Origin: Candidatus Hodarchaeota archaeon
Lineage (GTDB): Archaea > Asgardarchaeota > Heimdallarchaeia > Hodarchaeales > Hodarchaeaceae
NCBI GenBank assembly: GCA_016839785.1
Contig: JAEOTQ010000200.1
Coordinates: forward strand, 1 to 31,694
Reading direction: 5' to 3'
Length of the DNA: 31,694 nt
Below are positions 1-8,557 of this stretch, piece by piece. Below the pieces are notes generated by a model. The model saw only the letters and a program-made list of their open reading frames with translations, searched no databases and had not been told where the DNA came from. Position 1 is the stretch's first letter; the number at the start of each line of letters is the position of its first letter. A program made the translations under genes and the position numbers.

Positions 1-362
1 AGAATTAACTAAACGTCATTAATGGATTGAGAAAACACCTATTCTTTCATGTCTACTTATGTCCCTCTTCCATCGAATTCTTTTAAATGACTAGGTTTCA
101 TGAAGTCGAACTAGTCGCGGAAAATATACAGATAAAAATAAGAACATCTTACAGATTATATTCCGATCCGTTTAACTAAACATGAACCAATATACTTTAG
201 CTAGTCATAAGAAAGAAGGTTCTCTTTTATCGAAAAGAAAACATGATGAAACACTTAAATAAGTTATAAATACTGATCATTTAATTCTTTATCTAATTTA
301 TATTAGTTAAAAATCGAATAAAAAGAAAATCCTACATGGGTGGTTTATTCATTATCAAAATC

Positions 363-1481
363 TTAGCGTAATGAAAATACAAGTATTTTTCTGGTCAATG
401 ATCGATGAACATACTGTAAAAATTTCCTATACGACGCATTGAGAATGCTAGCTGCCTTATCTTCTAGATCAATTGTTGAGGGAATTGAGATGACTAGACG
501 ACTTCTAGGGGGAAGTATTGACTTAATTTCATGAAAAAATTGCAGAAGAAGATCATTAAGGTCGTAACCCTGAGTTGATGCAGCAGTTCCATATGGGGGA
601 TCTGTGACAACACCGGATATCGCACCAAAACAAAATCCTAAGTGTTTTGCATCTCCAAACACTAAATTAGTTAAAGAATGAGTCATATCATCTGATTTTA
701 AATTTCTAAACGCTCCCCATACGATTCGACGGTCAACTTCAATTCCCACACTTTTAAGACCCAATCTAGAGGCTTCGATCAACGCTCCACCTGTCCCACA
801 AAAAGGATCCAATAACCATTGACCCTCCTTTATTGCTGCGAGGTTGACTAGAGTCCTTTGTAAAATGGGATTCATTGAACTAGGATGAAAAAAAGGGCGG
901 TTCCTTGCAGTCCGTTTCCTAACTATATTTCGCTGAGACTCAAAGATGTGTAAACCAAACCACAACCCAAATTTACTCACAATGACACGATATATTTCTG
1001 TGGGATGTTTCAAATTCACTTTTTTTTCAGGAAATCGTTTCAGAATGACTTTTCCAAAATGGTTTGTTAGTTTTTGTGTAGTTTGGGAGTCCATTAATAT
1101 TCCGATCGGATTTCTAATTCGTCTTGTTCTTACACAGAATGTAGCCGATGAATCTAGATCTGATAAATTGTTGGTCTCAAACTGTTGAATTAATGCTTCA
1201 AATTCATTAATTGAATTATTCTTGTATTCAATTTGAAATAGGGTTTTACAGCAATAATGAACCATTGTTGCTCTATGTATCACCTTTTGAAGAAGGAAGT
1301 GTTCATCTACTGTATCCGATTTCTCTTTCATAGTTATCTTGACAATTCGTGAATCACTCGTGTATTCTAAACTGATACTTTCATCTAGAGTAGAGATAAT
1401 ACTTTCCAACTCATATTGCGCAAGTTCGGGATTTTCTCCTGACAAAAGACAGAAATACTCGGAAAAAATTCCTGAATTCAT
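363..1481 (-). CDS. trmG10: tRNA (guanine-N2)-methyltransferase, Trm11/TrmG10 family (THUMP + Rossmann MTase)
   Basis: N-terminal LSGENPELA; THUMP-like TFCVR...KVNLKHP; RPFFHPSSM; SAM motif LDPFCGTGG; catalytic TDPPYG; C-terminal YVHRSLTR. Confidence 0.9.
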   Translation of the reverse strand: MNSGIFSEYFCLLSGENPELAQYELESIISTLDESISLEYTSDSRIVKITMKEKSDTVDEHFLLQKVIHRATMVHYCCKTLFQIEYKNNSINEFEALIQQFETNNLSDLDSSATFCVRTRRIRNPIGILMDSQTTQKLTNHFGKVILKRFPEKKVNLKHPTEIYRVIVSKFGLWFGLHIFESQRNIVRKRTARNRPFFHPSSMNPILQRTLVNLAAIKEGQWLLDPFCGTGGALIEASRLGLKSVGIEVDRRIVWGAFRNLKSDDMTHSLTNLVFGDAKHLGFCFGAISGVVTDPPYGTAASTQGYDLNDLLLQFFHEIKSILPPRSRLVISIPSTIDLEDKAASILNASYRKFLQYVHRSLTRKILVFSLR

Positions 1482-1543
1482 AATAAAATATCCCTCATTA
1501 TTACAATAACTAAATAAAAGATTTTTTAGATATATAGGACATC

Positions 1544-2650
1544 CTAAGAGTAGTAAGTAAGGTTTTCGTCAAATACCTTCGCTTTCTGTAATGAATCATT
1601 TAATTCTTTCATTGTGATACTATCACGATGATATAATACTGCGTAATGAATAGCACTTTTGATAATTCTTTCTTTCAAGTCTCTTCCAGACCAATTAGCG
1701 GTTTGTCGAACAATCAAATCCCATGATATGTCATGAAAAGGAATAGGGGACGACTTTGCATATAAATCCAAAATATTTTGTCTTTCAGAAGAGGTAGGGT
1801 ATTTAAATTCAATTAAATCTTCGAATCTACTTAAAATCGCTGAATCCAGGATCTTGGGTTGATTTGTAGAGCCTATTGTAATGATTCCCTGATTAGTGTC
1901 AATTCCATCCATTTCTCCTAACAATGCACTTACTAACTCTACCACATCGCCCCTTATGCTTTGAAAATTTCTTTTCAGCGCGATTGAGTCAAGTTCATCG
2001 ATAAAAATTACTGCTGGTGCAGATCTTCTTGCTTCAGAAAATAAATTCTTGATTTTTCTTGCTCCGTCACCTACATAAATACCTAATAAATCACTCGCTT
2101 TAATTAAGAACATTGGACTCTTGATCTTATTAGAAAGAGCTTTAGCCATCATCGTCTTTCCATTTCCTGGAGGGCCCCAGAAGAGAATGTTTTTGGGTGC
2201 CCAAGGAGAGTTCATTAAATCTACATTCCTTAGAAACTTTCCAACAATCTGACATTTTTCTTTTGCTTTTTCCTGACCAATTATATCACTGAAAATTGTC
2301 TGTTGCTGACTGACCTTATTGGTAGGATCAATACTTTGTTCAGAATGTAAAATGATTTGGGTATTTTTAGTAATTTGAGATTCTTTAGGTTCAACAACAA
2401 TTGCCCGAAAAGCATAATCGGGAAATATAAGAGAATCGAATAAAAAATTCCCTTTCTTTACAACTAGTCCAATCCATTGGCTTCGTGCATAATGCTGGAA
2501 AAGAGAGGGATCATCAGTTGATAGGAATGGGGATGCTTCATCTCCTGCCTTTAATGGATATCCTACGGGTGATAATACTAATCTATCCATTTTTAACGCC
2601 GTTTTAGTAAATGATCCTGATTTAGGTTTAATTTGTGACTTATGTTCCAC
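1544..2650 (-). CDS. AAA+ ATPase, AMA-like (COG1223 type)
   Basis: N-domain PVGYPL motif; WAPKNILF followed by Walker A GPPGNGKT; Walker B IFIDELD; SRH TNQP..LDSAILSRF. GTG start, exact start uncertain. Confidence 0.85.
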   Translation of the reverse strand: MEHKSQIKPKSGSFTKTALKMDRLVLSPVGYPLKAGDEASPFLSTDDPSLFQHYARSQWIGLVVKKGNFLFDSLIFPDYAFRAIVVEPKESQITKNTQIILHSEQSIDPTNKVSQQQTIFSDIIGQEKAKEKCQIVGKFLRNVDLMNSPWAPKNILFWGPPGNGKTMMAKALSNKIKSPMFLIKASDLLGIYVGDGARKIKNLFSEARRSAPAVIFIDELDSIALKRNFQSIRGDVVELVSALLGEMDGIDTNQGIITIGSTNQPKILDSAILSRFEDLIEFKYPTSSERQNILDLYAKSSPIPFHDISWDLIVRQTANWSGRDLKERIIKSAIHYAVLYHRDSITMKELNDSLQKAKVFDENLTYYS

Positions 2651-2888
2651 TCTGATGATTCATCTCCATATATTAACCCTTTATTAAAAGATTCTTAGAC
2701 GTCTTTCAAATCTTTTTTCGCAATTGTGAGTATTCTTTTCGATAATAGAACAACTTTTAATTTCTATAGCATTGAGTTGTAAATGCCCTGAAGTAGTGTT
2801 TAGTTGTAAATCAATTCACGACTAGCATTTGTATTAGAATTCAGGTTTGATAATGGAAAAAATCCAACCTATTCGCATTGAATTACAG

Positions 2889-2991
2889 GGGTTCGTGGTC
2901 TAGCTTGGCTAGGATCCGTGCCTGGGGTGCACGAGTTCAGGGGTTCGAACTTATGCCTATACTAAGCATAACGAAATTCCCCTCGAACCCA
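2889..2991 (+). tRNA. tRNA-Pro(GGG) with 28-nt intron at 59/60
   Basis: Acceptor GGGTTCG/CGAACCC+A; D arm GTCT/GGAT; anticodon arm CGTGC-CT-GGG-GT-GCACG; T stem AGGGG/CCCCT. Removing 2950-2977 restores T loop TTCGAAT. No encoded CCA. Confidence 0.95.
2950..2977 (+). other. tRNA intron with bulge-helix-bulge motif
   Basis: Central helix TTCG/CGAA, 3-nt bulges AAC and ATT, intron stem TTATGC/GCATAA. Confidence 0.9.
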
Positions 2992-3111
2992 TTTTACATC
3001 TCTTCTTTTTCGTCCCTGGTCCATGAGAGTCGACACCGACTAATTCATACATAATATGACGATATTACCCTATCCTATAATATTTTTGTCGGTTAAGGGT
3101 ACATAACAAAA

Positions 3112-4398
3112 ATGAAGGCTAATCCAATGGAATCAATTTTAAAAGATGCTCTAAGTGGAACAGGATCGTTCAAAAATCTCGGAGAAGTAAAACGGGATCG
3201 AACAACACAGTTTATACCTTCTCCTCCAAAAATTGATGATGAAATAGCAGATATCTTAACTGAACGACTGCCTAAAGTCCAAGTTGTAGGAGTCGGAGGC
3301 GCAGGGAATAATGCGATTTTTCGTCTAATGACTACAGAGGTAGATGCTGAATGTGTTGCAGTTAATACAGATGCTCAGCATTTGTTGTCAACACGAGCAC
3401 ACAAGAAGCTCCTTATCGGAAAAGATACTTCCAGAGGATTTGGAGCAGGAAATAATCCAGAAATTGGAGAAACTGCTGCGCGTGAATCCCTAGAAGAAAT
3501 TAAAAATACTTTACAAGCAAATATGATTTTTATCACATGTGGTCTAGGTGGAGGAACAGGAACAGGTGCGGCTCATGTAATTGCACGACAGGCAAAAGAA
3601 AAAGGGGCATTGACTGTATCAATCTGTACTTTACCTTTTCAAATGGAAGGTGTCAAACGATACGAGAATGCCAGGCAGGGTTTGAAAAAATTATATGAGG
3701 CCTCTGATACAGTAATTGTAGTTCCTAATGAAAAACTTCTCCAGCTCTCTGAAGATATCACTATGATGGCAGCATTTAGAATAGCTGATGCTGTACTAAT
3801 GAGAGCTGTAATGGCTATCACAGAGCTTATAACAAAACCACAGCTTATTAATCTTGATTTTGCGGATGTAAAAAAGATTTTAACTGAGGGGGGTATGGCA
3901 ATGATTGGATTAGGAGAATCTGATCACCAAACCATGAAAGTTGATGAAGCAGTATTCGAAGCACTAAGAAACCCATTACTTGATGATTTAGATATTAGCA
4001 GGGCAAAGAAAGGACTCATATGCGTATCTGGTGGGGAAGGATTGGCCTTAAAAGATGCAGAAGAAGCAGTGATGAAAATAGCAACAGAAATCGATAATTC
4101 TGCTGAAATCATCTGGGGAGCAACCATCGATCCCGACCTAGGAAATAAAATCAGAGTAATCGTAGTATTAAGTGATGTCCATTCACCTCTGACGGAGAAC
4201 GAAGGATTATATTATTCCAAGAGTGATTTAGAGTCATTACTTGCTGATTTGGACTCTCCGTTCTCAGTCATTTCATCAAAAAATCGGAATTCAGAGGAAC
4301 ATAGAAACAATTTACCCTCTGCTCGGTTCTCCATTGAAGATGATCAAGACACAGATGTGGGAAAAACTCGTAAAAAGAAATTCTTAGGGCTATTTTAG
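3112..4398 (+). CDS. ftsZ: Cell division GTPase FtsZ
   Basis: GVGGAGNN, NTDAQHL, GAGNNPEIG, tubulin signature GGGTGTG, T7 loop INLDFAD. N- and C-terminal extensions; ends RKKKFLGLF. Confidence 0.96.
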   Translation: MKANPMESILKDALSGTGSFKNLGEVKRDRTTQFIPSPPKIDDEIADILTERLPKVQVVGVGGAGNNAIFRLMTTEVDAECVAVNTDAQHLLSTRAHKKLLIGKDTSRGFGAGNNPEIGETAARESLEEIKNTLQANMIFITCGLGGGTGTGAAHVIARQAKEKGALTVSICTLPFQMEGVKRYENARQGLKKLYEASDTVIVVPNEKLLQLSEDITMMAAFRIADAVLMRAVMAITELITKPQLINLDFADVKKILTEGGMAMIGLGESDHQTMKVDEAVFEALRNPLLDDLDISRAKKGLICVSGGEGLALKDAEEAVMKIATEIDNSAEIIWGATIDPDLGNKIRVIVVLSDVHSPLTENEGLYYSKSDLESLLADLDSPFSVISSKNRNSEEHRNNLPSARFSIEDDQDTDVGKTRKKKFLGLF

Positions 4399-4475
4399 GA
4401 ATTGAACGTTTATTCTCTAGCCCTTGACAAGTTTTTTTCACCTCTATACTATTCTCTTTTTAGTAAGAGGTTGAT

Positions 4476-5144
4476 TTAGTTTATACTTAGACCGATTTTC
4501 TTAGCAAATACTTCCATCCCTTCTCCGGTTTTAGTACTTGTGGGAACTACCTCCAATTGAGGATATAGCTCATTGGATCCTTTTATAATTTCTTTAACAT
4601 CAATGTCCATTGCTGAAGCAAGATCTACTTTATTAAGAATAGCTAAATCGCTCATTCTAAACGTAACAGGATGCTTTCGGAATACATAAGGTCCTTCTGT
4701 AACACTTGTTACGGTTATCTTTTTATCGGCCCCAACATCAGTTGATGAAGGACAAATAAGATTTCCGACATTTTCAACAAAAATAAAGTCAAATTTTTCG
4801 AGGTTAATAGTCGTAAGAGCTTTTTCAATCTGAAAAGCCATTAGATGACACCCGCGTCCTGTATTTATCTGAATACATTTGCTTCCAAATCGACTAATTC
4901 TCTGTGCGTCAATATCTGTTGCAAGATCTCCATTAATAACAAGGAACTTTTGATTTTTAGCAAATTCTCTGGAAAAATACTCCAAGACGGAAGTTTTTCC
5001 AGATCCAACGCTTCCCATTATATCAATCATCGGAATATTAAGATCAAGCCTTTTTTGGCGGATTCTGCCTGCAATTAGATCATTTTTCTCCTGAATCTTT
5101 TGATCTATCTGCACATTAATTACTTGGGGCATCTTTCGTTCCAC
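4476..5144 (-). CDS. hypB: Hydrogenase nickel-insertion GTPase HypB
   Basis: GSVGSGKT, GDLATDIDA, QINTGRGCHL, ENVGNLICP, SVTEG, NKVD. Confidence 0.93.
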   Translation of the reverse strand: MERKMPQVINVQIDQKIQEKNDLIAGRIRQKRLDLNIPMIDIMGSVGSGKTSVLEYFSREFAKNQKFLVINGDLATDIDAQRISRFGSKCIQINTGRGCHLMAFQIEKALTTINLEKFDFIFVENVGNLICPSSTDVGADKKITVTSVTEGPYVFRKHPVTFRMSDLAILNKVDLASAMDIDVKEIIKGSNELYPQLEVVPTSTKTGEGMEVFAKKIGLSIN

Positions 5145-5202
5145 ATCTAAATATGAGAAAGAGTTTTTTTTATCTCTTCTGTGGATGATAAATTGGATCT
5201 AA

Positions 5203-5574
5203 ATGCACGAATTTTCTCTAGCTCAATCAGTACAAGAAACAGTCGAATCTATTGCAAAAGAACGCGCAGCGAAAGAAATTGTGAAAGTCATACTCAAGTT
5301 CGGTGCCTTTGCCCTTATTGAGGAAGATCAATTCAGATTTTGTTTTGATATCTTAAAAAAAGAATCCACATTGCTTGAAAATGCAAAGTTGGAGATAACT
5401 TGGATTCCAGGAGAATTACGATGTCAAGAGTGTAATTTTGAAGGAAAAATTGACAACATCCCGCAGAAACACACCGAATTAGCTCCAATTTTTCAATGTC
5501 CGACATGTAAGAGCTATGCAACAGATATTATTTCAGGAACGGAAGCGAATATCGATTCCATCGTAATAAATTAG
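5203..5574 (+). CDS. hypA: Hydrogenase maturation nickel metallochaperone HypA
   Basis: N-terminal MHE Ni motif and two CxxC Zn pairs (CQEC, CPTC); divergent from hypB. Confidence 0.93.
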   Translation: MHEFSLAQSVQETVESIAKERAAKEIVKVILKFGAFALIEEDQFRFCFDILKKESTLLENAKLEITWIPGELRCQECNFEGKIDNIPQKHTELAPIFQCPTCKSYATDIISGTEANIDSIVIN

Positions 5575-5605
5575 GAGTATATCTCATTTGTGCATCAGAG
5601 AAAAT

Positions 5606-6088
5606 TCATTTTACGATGCAATTGATACGGCTATTTTTAGGGTCTAATTCACAATGAAAGAGAATGTTGCTGTGAGGAAAGATTGAAATTTCGTTCTCTT
5701 TCCAGCTTACATTAATAATTTGACCAGTGAAACCATTATCCTTAATGATAGGTTCTCCTTGCATAACAACCATTGAATTATTATCTTTACTTACGAATAA
5801 GATGTTATTCTTTCTTTGTGGATCAGCTACTACATCTGAAATTGGATGTACTTCCTCCCTAATTTCAAAACCTTTTGAGATCCATTTTATTCTTGTTCTT
5901 ATTCCGAGATTCTGTATTTGCTTAAAAATTAGAATTTTTATCCCAGATATAATAAACCCAATTTTCTCTGTGCTGTCTTCAGTTCCCAATTCTTTATAAC
6001 CCGTGACTTGGAATCCGCGTGATTTTTCTTGATTGGATGGGTTTAATGAACACTGAATATTCTTGATAATAATCCTTTTTCCAGCCAC
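5606..6088 (-). CDS. Hypothetical protein, predicted beta-rich
   Basis: 160-aa ORF filling the gap, GGGG upstream of the GTG start, no recognised motif. Confidence 0.6.
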   Translation of the reverse strand: MAGKRIIIKNIQCSLNPSNQEKSRGFQVTGYKELGTEDSTEKIGFIISGIKILIFKQIQNLGIRTRIKWISKGFEIREEVHPISDVVADPQRKNNILFVSKDNNSMVVMQGEPIIKDNGFTGQIINVSWKENEISIFPHSNILFHCELDPKNSRINCIVK

Positions 6089-6428
6089 GATTTTAACCCC
6101 TTATAAAATTTCAATAACACTGTAACATCAATTCATGTAAAAACTTACATCTTTTTTCAATTTGCTTCAATGAATCCAATTATTCATCCTTAAACTTGGA
6201 ATAATGCTATTACTTATCTTGGCAACAATATGTTGATGATTTCCTCTAATATATCTTATTCTCTTTTATCTAGTAAAGTTAATTTAATTTGAACTATGTG
6301 ACAATCTTTGATAAGATAATTAAATCTTTACTTATTAAATACAAACGTCAGTAAATACAAAATTTTATTTTCCTAATTTAAGGTGACATGATTTAGTACG
6401 GAGATTCAACAGGAATGTGGAATAGATT

Positions 6429-7472
6429 TTGAATTCAGTTCGATTTATTAGTAATACTCTTGCAAAAAAACATTCTAATGGGAGATTCCATCCCGAATCT
6501 CCTCAAAGAATTGAAATGATTGAGAACTGGGTTTCATCCCAATTAGGTGACGATATTTCTTTTGAAATCTCGGATAAACTGGCAAGTAAGGATGATATTT
6601 TGTCTGTTCATACAGAAGACCATCATGATCTTATTGAAAAGACTAAAAACTATGATGGTCATTTCTACTTTGATGGGGATACAGCCGCAAATAGCTATTC
6701 CTATGAGGCGGCCATGCAAGCTGTTCAAATTGGAATACAAGCCGTTTTTGAAAGTACGAGAAATTCTTCAATATTCTGTCTTGTACGCCCTCCAGGTCAT
6801 CATGCAACTCAACATACCCCACAAGGATTTTGTATCTTCAATAATATTGCCGTAGGTAGTCAAATCGCGCTTAATAAGAAGAAATACCAACGAATTGCAA
6901 TTCTGGATTTTGACCATCATTTTGGAAATGGAACAGCTTATATTAACGAATCCAACCCTAATATTTTATATATAAGTACACATGCTGATCCGAGAATTTC
7001 CTATCCAGGATGTGGGTTTTCAGACGAAATTGGGTTTGGAGAAGGACGTGGATTCAACATTCCAATTCCCCTTGGATATAGAGCCTCTGAAGCGGATCTA
7101 GAAATTTCTTTTGATTCGATAATAAATCCCATTATATACCAATTCAAGCCTGACTTTCTAGCCATTAGCGCGGGATTTGATGCATATGAAAGAGACCCTA
7201 TTGGGGTATTAGGGGTAACTGTTGATGGATTCAGACACATTGGAAAAATGATTAAAAAAATCACCGATAATCTGAATATCCCCTATGCACATTTCTTGGA
7301 AGGAGGATATAATATCAATCTCTTACCAGAATTAGTATCAGCATATATAGATCCTTTTATTGGAAAAGAGGATTTTAAAGAAAAAATAAATCCCTCCCTT
7401 CAAATAAAAGAGGAGACTAAAACAACTATCCAAAACTCTAAGCGCGTATTAAAGGACTACTGGTCTCTATGA
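6429..7472 (+). CDS. Zn-dependent histone deacetylase family protein
   Basis: HPESPQR, RPPGHHA, GFCIFNN, DFDHHFGNGT, SAGFDA, LEGGY. TTG start uncertain. Confidence 0.92.
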   Translation: MNSVRFISNTLAKKHSNGRFHPESPQRIEMIENWVSSQLGDDISFEISDKLASKDDILSVHTEDHHDLIEKTKNYDGHFYFDGDTAANSYSYEAAMQAVQIGIQAVFESTRNSSIFCLVRPPGHHATQHTPQGFCIFNNIAVGSQIALNKKKYQRIAILDFDHHFGNGTAYINESNPNILYISTHADPRISYPGCGFSDEIGFGEGRGFNIPIPLGYRASEADLEISFDSIINPIIYQFKPDFLAISAGFDAYERDPIGVLGVTVDGFRHIGKMIKKITDNLNIPYAHFLEGGYNINLLPELVSAYIDPFIGKEDFKEKINPSLQIKEETKTTIQNSKRVLKDYWSL

Positions 7473-7502
7473 AAAAGCAGATCTACTAGTATTTACCAAA
7501 AA

Positions 7503-7510
7503 TTTAAATT
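7503..7510 (+). promoter_or_regulatory. Putative TATA box for the C/D sRNA at 7532
   Basis: TTTAAATT preceded by an A-rich BRE-like stretch, about 25 nt upstream of the sRNA stem. Confidence 0.5.
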
Positions 7511-7531
7511 TTCTAGTGTTTATTCTTCTTT

Positions 7532-7625
7532 GGAAGGATCCCATGATGTCTCTAGCCCTACCGATAAGGAATACTGAATTCAGTACCCCTAGATGATGAT
7601 GATCTTGAGTATAGAGGATCCTTTC
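7532..7625 (+). ncRNA. Box C/D methylation guide sRNA (predicted target tRNA-Leu(CAA) C34; second guide possibly SSU rRNA)
   Basis: 10-bp terminal stem GGAAGGATCC/GGATCCTTTC, 3-nt bulge, C box ATGATGT 7543-7549, guide 7550-7560, D' CCGA 7561-7564, internal hairpin, C' ATGATGA 7593-7599, 12-nt guide 7600-7611, variant D box TAGA 7612-7615. Confidence 0.75.
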
Positions 7626-7640
7626 ATTTCAATAATAGGC

Positions 7641-8105
7641 TCAAGATTTCTCTTCAAATAGTTCTTCTCGAATCCTAGAACTACTCAGCTTTTTACCTTT
7701 ATCTGTTGTCACAATTGCAGATAGAATGATTGTTATAGGAGGTTTTTTTAACGTACTTCTTTCATGATTAATAACTAGTGCTCCGGAGTATGTTTCTTGC
7801 GATACTAATAAGGCAGGTAGATCGGATATGCTTGCAATTTGTTTATCCTTACCGAAAGAATCAATTTTGATAATGGAACAAGTTGTATTTCTGGATTTGA
7901 GATAATGTATGAGTGTGGCAGAACGTATTTTGAATGGTTGAATGTGTTTCCCTAGTGCTTTGGGTCTTTTCTGCAAATATTTTTCACTAATCAACCCAAT
8001 TTGGATAAAATCTGAATAATATGAAGCAAGATCTAATATTAGTTCATGACCAGCATGGAGACGATCAAAAGTTCCGCCTAGACCTAATTTTTCAAATTTG
8101 GACAT
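7641..8105 (-). CDS. coaD: Phosphopantetheine adenylyltransferase (archaeal/eukaryotic type)
   Basis: GGTFDRLHAGH (HxGH), LVSQET, KLSSSRIR. Confidence 0.88.
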   Translation of the reverse strand: MSKFEKLGLGGTFDRLHAGHELILDLASYYSDFIQIGLISEKYLQKRPKALGKHIQPFKIRSATLIHYLKSRNTTCSIIKIDSFGKDKQIASISDLPALLVSQETYSGALVINHERSTLKKPPITIILSAIVTTDKGKKLSSSRIREELFEEKS

Positions 8106-8175
8106 CAGATTTTCACTTAGTTTTTCGTTTTCATTCCATTAGAACGATTAAATATTGGGAAGAAACATTTTTTTA

Positions 8176-8183
8176 TTTAAGTA
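8176..8183 (+). promoter_or_regulatory. Putative TATA box for the candidate ncRNA
   Basis: TTTAAGTA about 25 nt upstream of the structured segment; no + strand CDS follows. Confidence 0.4.
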
Positions 8184-8204
8184 TCTAAAGTCTTCAATGC
8201 AAGG

Positions 8205-8471
8205 AAGGAACAAATTCTATTCTCGAGGACACGATGAGCCAAGATGATTCGGAGTGCAAAAGGGTAGAGAAATCCTGAGCATTTACTACCATATGAATTA
8301 GGAGACGGGCTCTCGCATGAGGATGGGTGTGTCACCCAACAATGAGCGACAGGGTTAACCCTCCTAAGCGACAGGAGTAAGGGTCAAAAAGCCCTTCATA
8401 AGAGAACTCGGCTGAATTTGGGAACCTCCCGGATATGTAGTCGCAGTGTTAGTGTTAAGGGCGACAGATCC
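8205..8471 (+). ncRNA. Candidate large structured ncRNA, class unassigned
   Basis: 123/250 GC (49%) over 8221-8470 in an AT-rich background, many nested helices, no long ORF, TATA upstream and T-rich run at about 8496-8506. Confidence 0.6.
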
Positions 8472-8557
8472 AATAAAACTTATGAATGTCAAGAATTTTA
8501 TTTTTAAAAACGAAGAAAAAGAAAGAATAGACGTAGGAGATTATTTACTCCTACTTC

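Noticed and set aside
243-275. ATGATGA...CTGA as a C/D sRNA
   Set aside because: Spacer too long and AT-only, no second box pair or terminal stem; looks like promoter DNA.
3021-3106. Hairpin-ACATAA-hairpin-ACA resembling a eukaryotic H/ACA RNA upstream of ftsZ
   Set aside because: The first hairpin has almost no pocket and the second pocket is only ~11 nt from ACA (14-16 expected).
8205-8471. Assignment as SRP RNA, canonical RNase P RNA, group I intron or cobalamin riboswitch
   Set aside because: Only isolated fragments match (AGAGAACTCGGCT, AATCCTGAGC, TGTAGTC); diagnostic cores are missing on both strands, so it is left unassigned.
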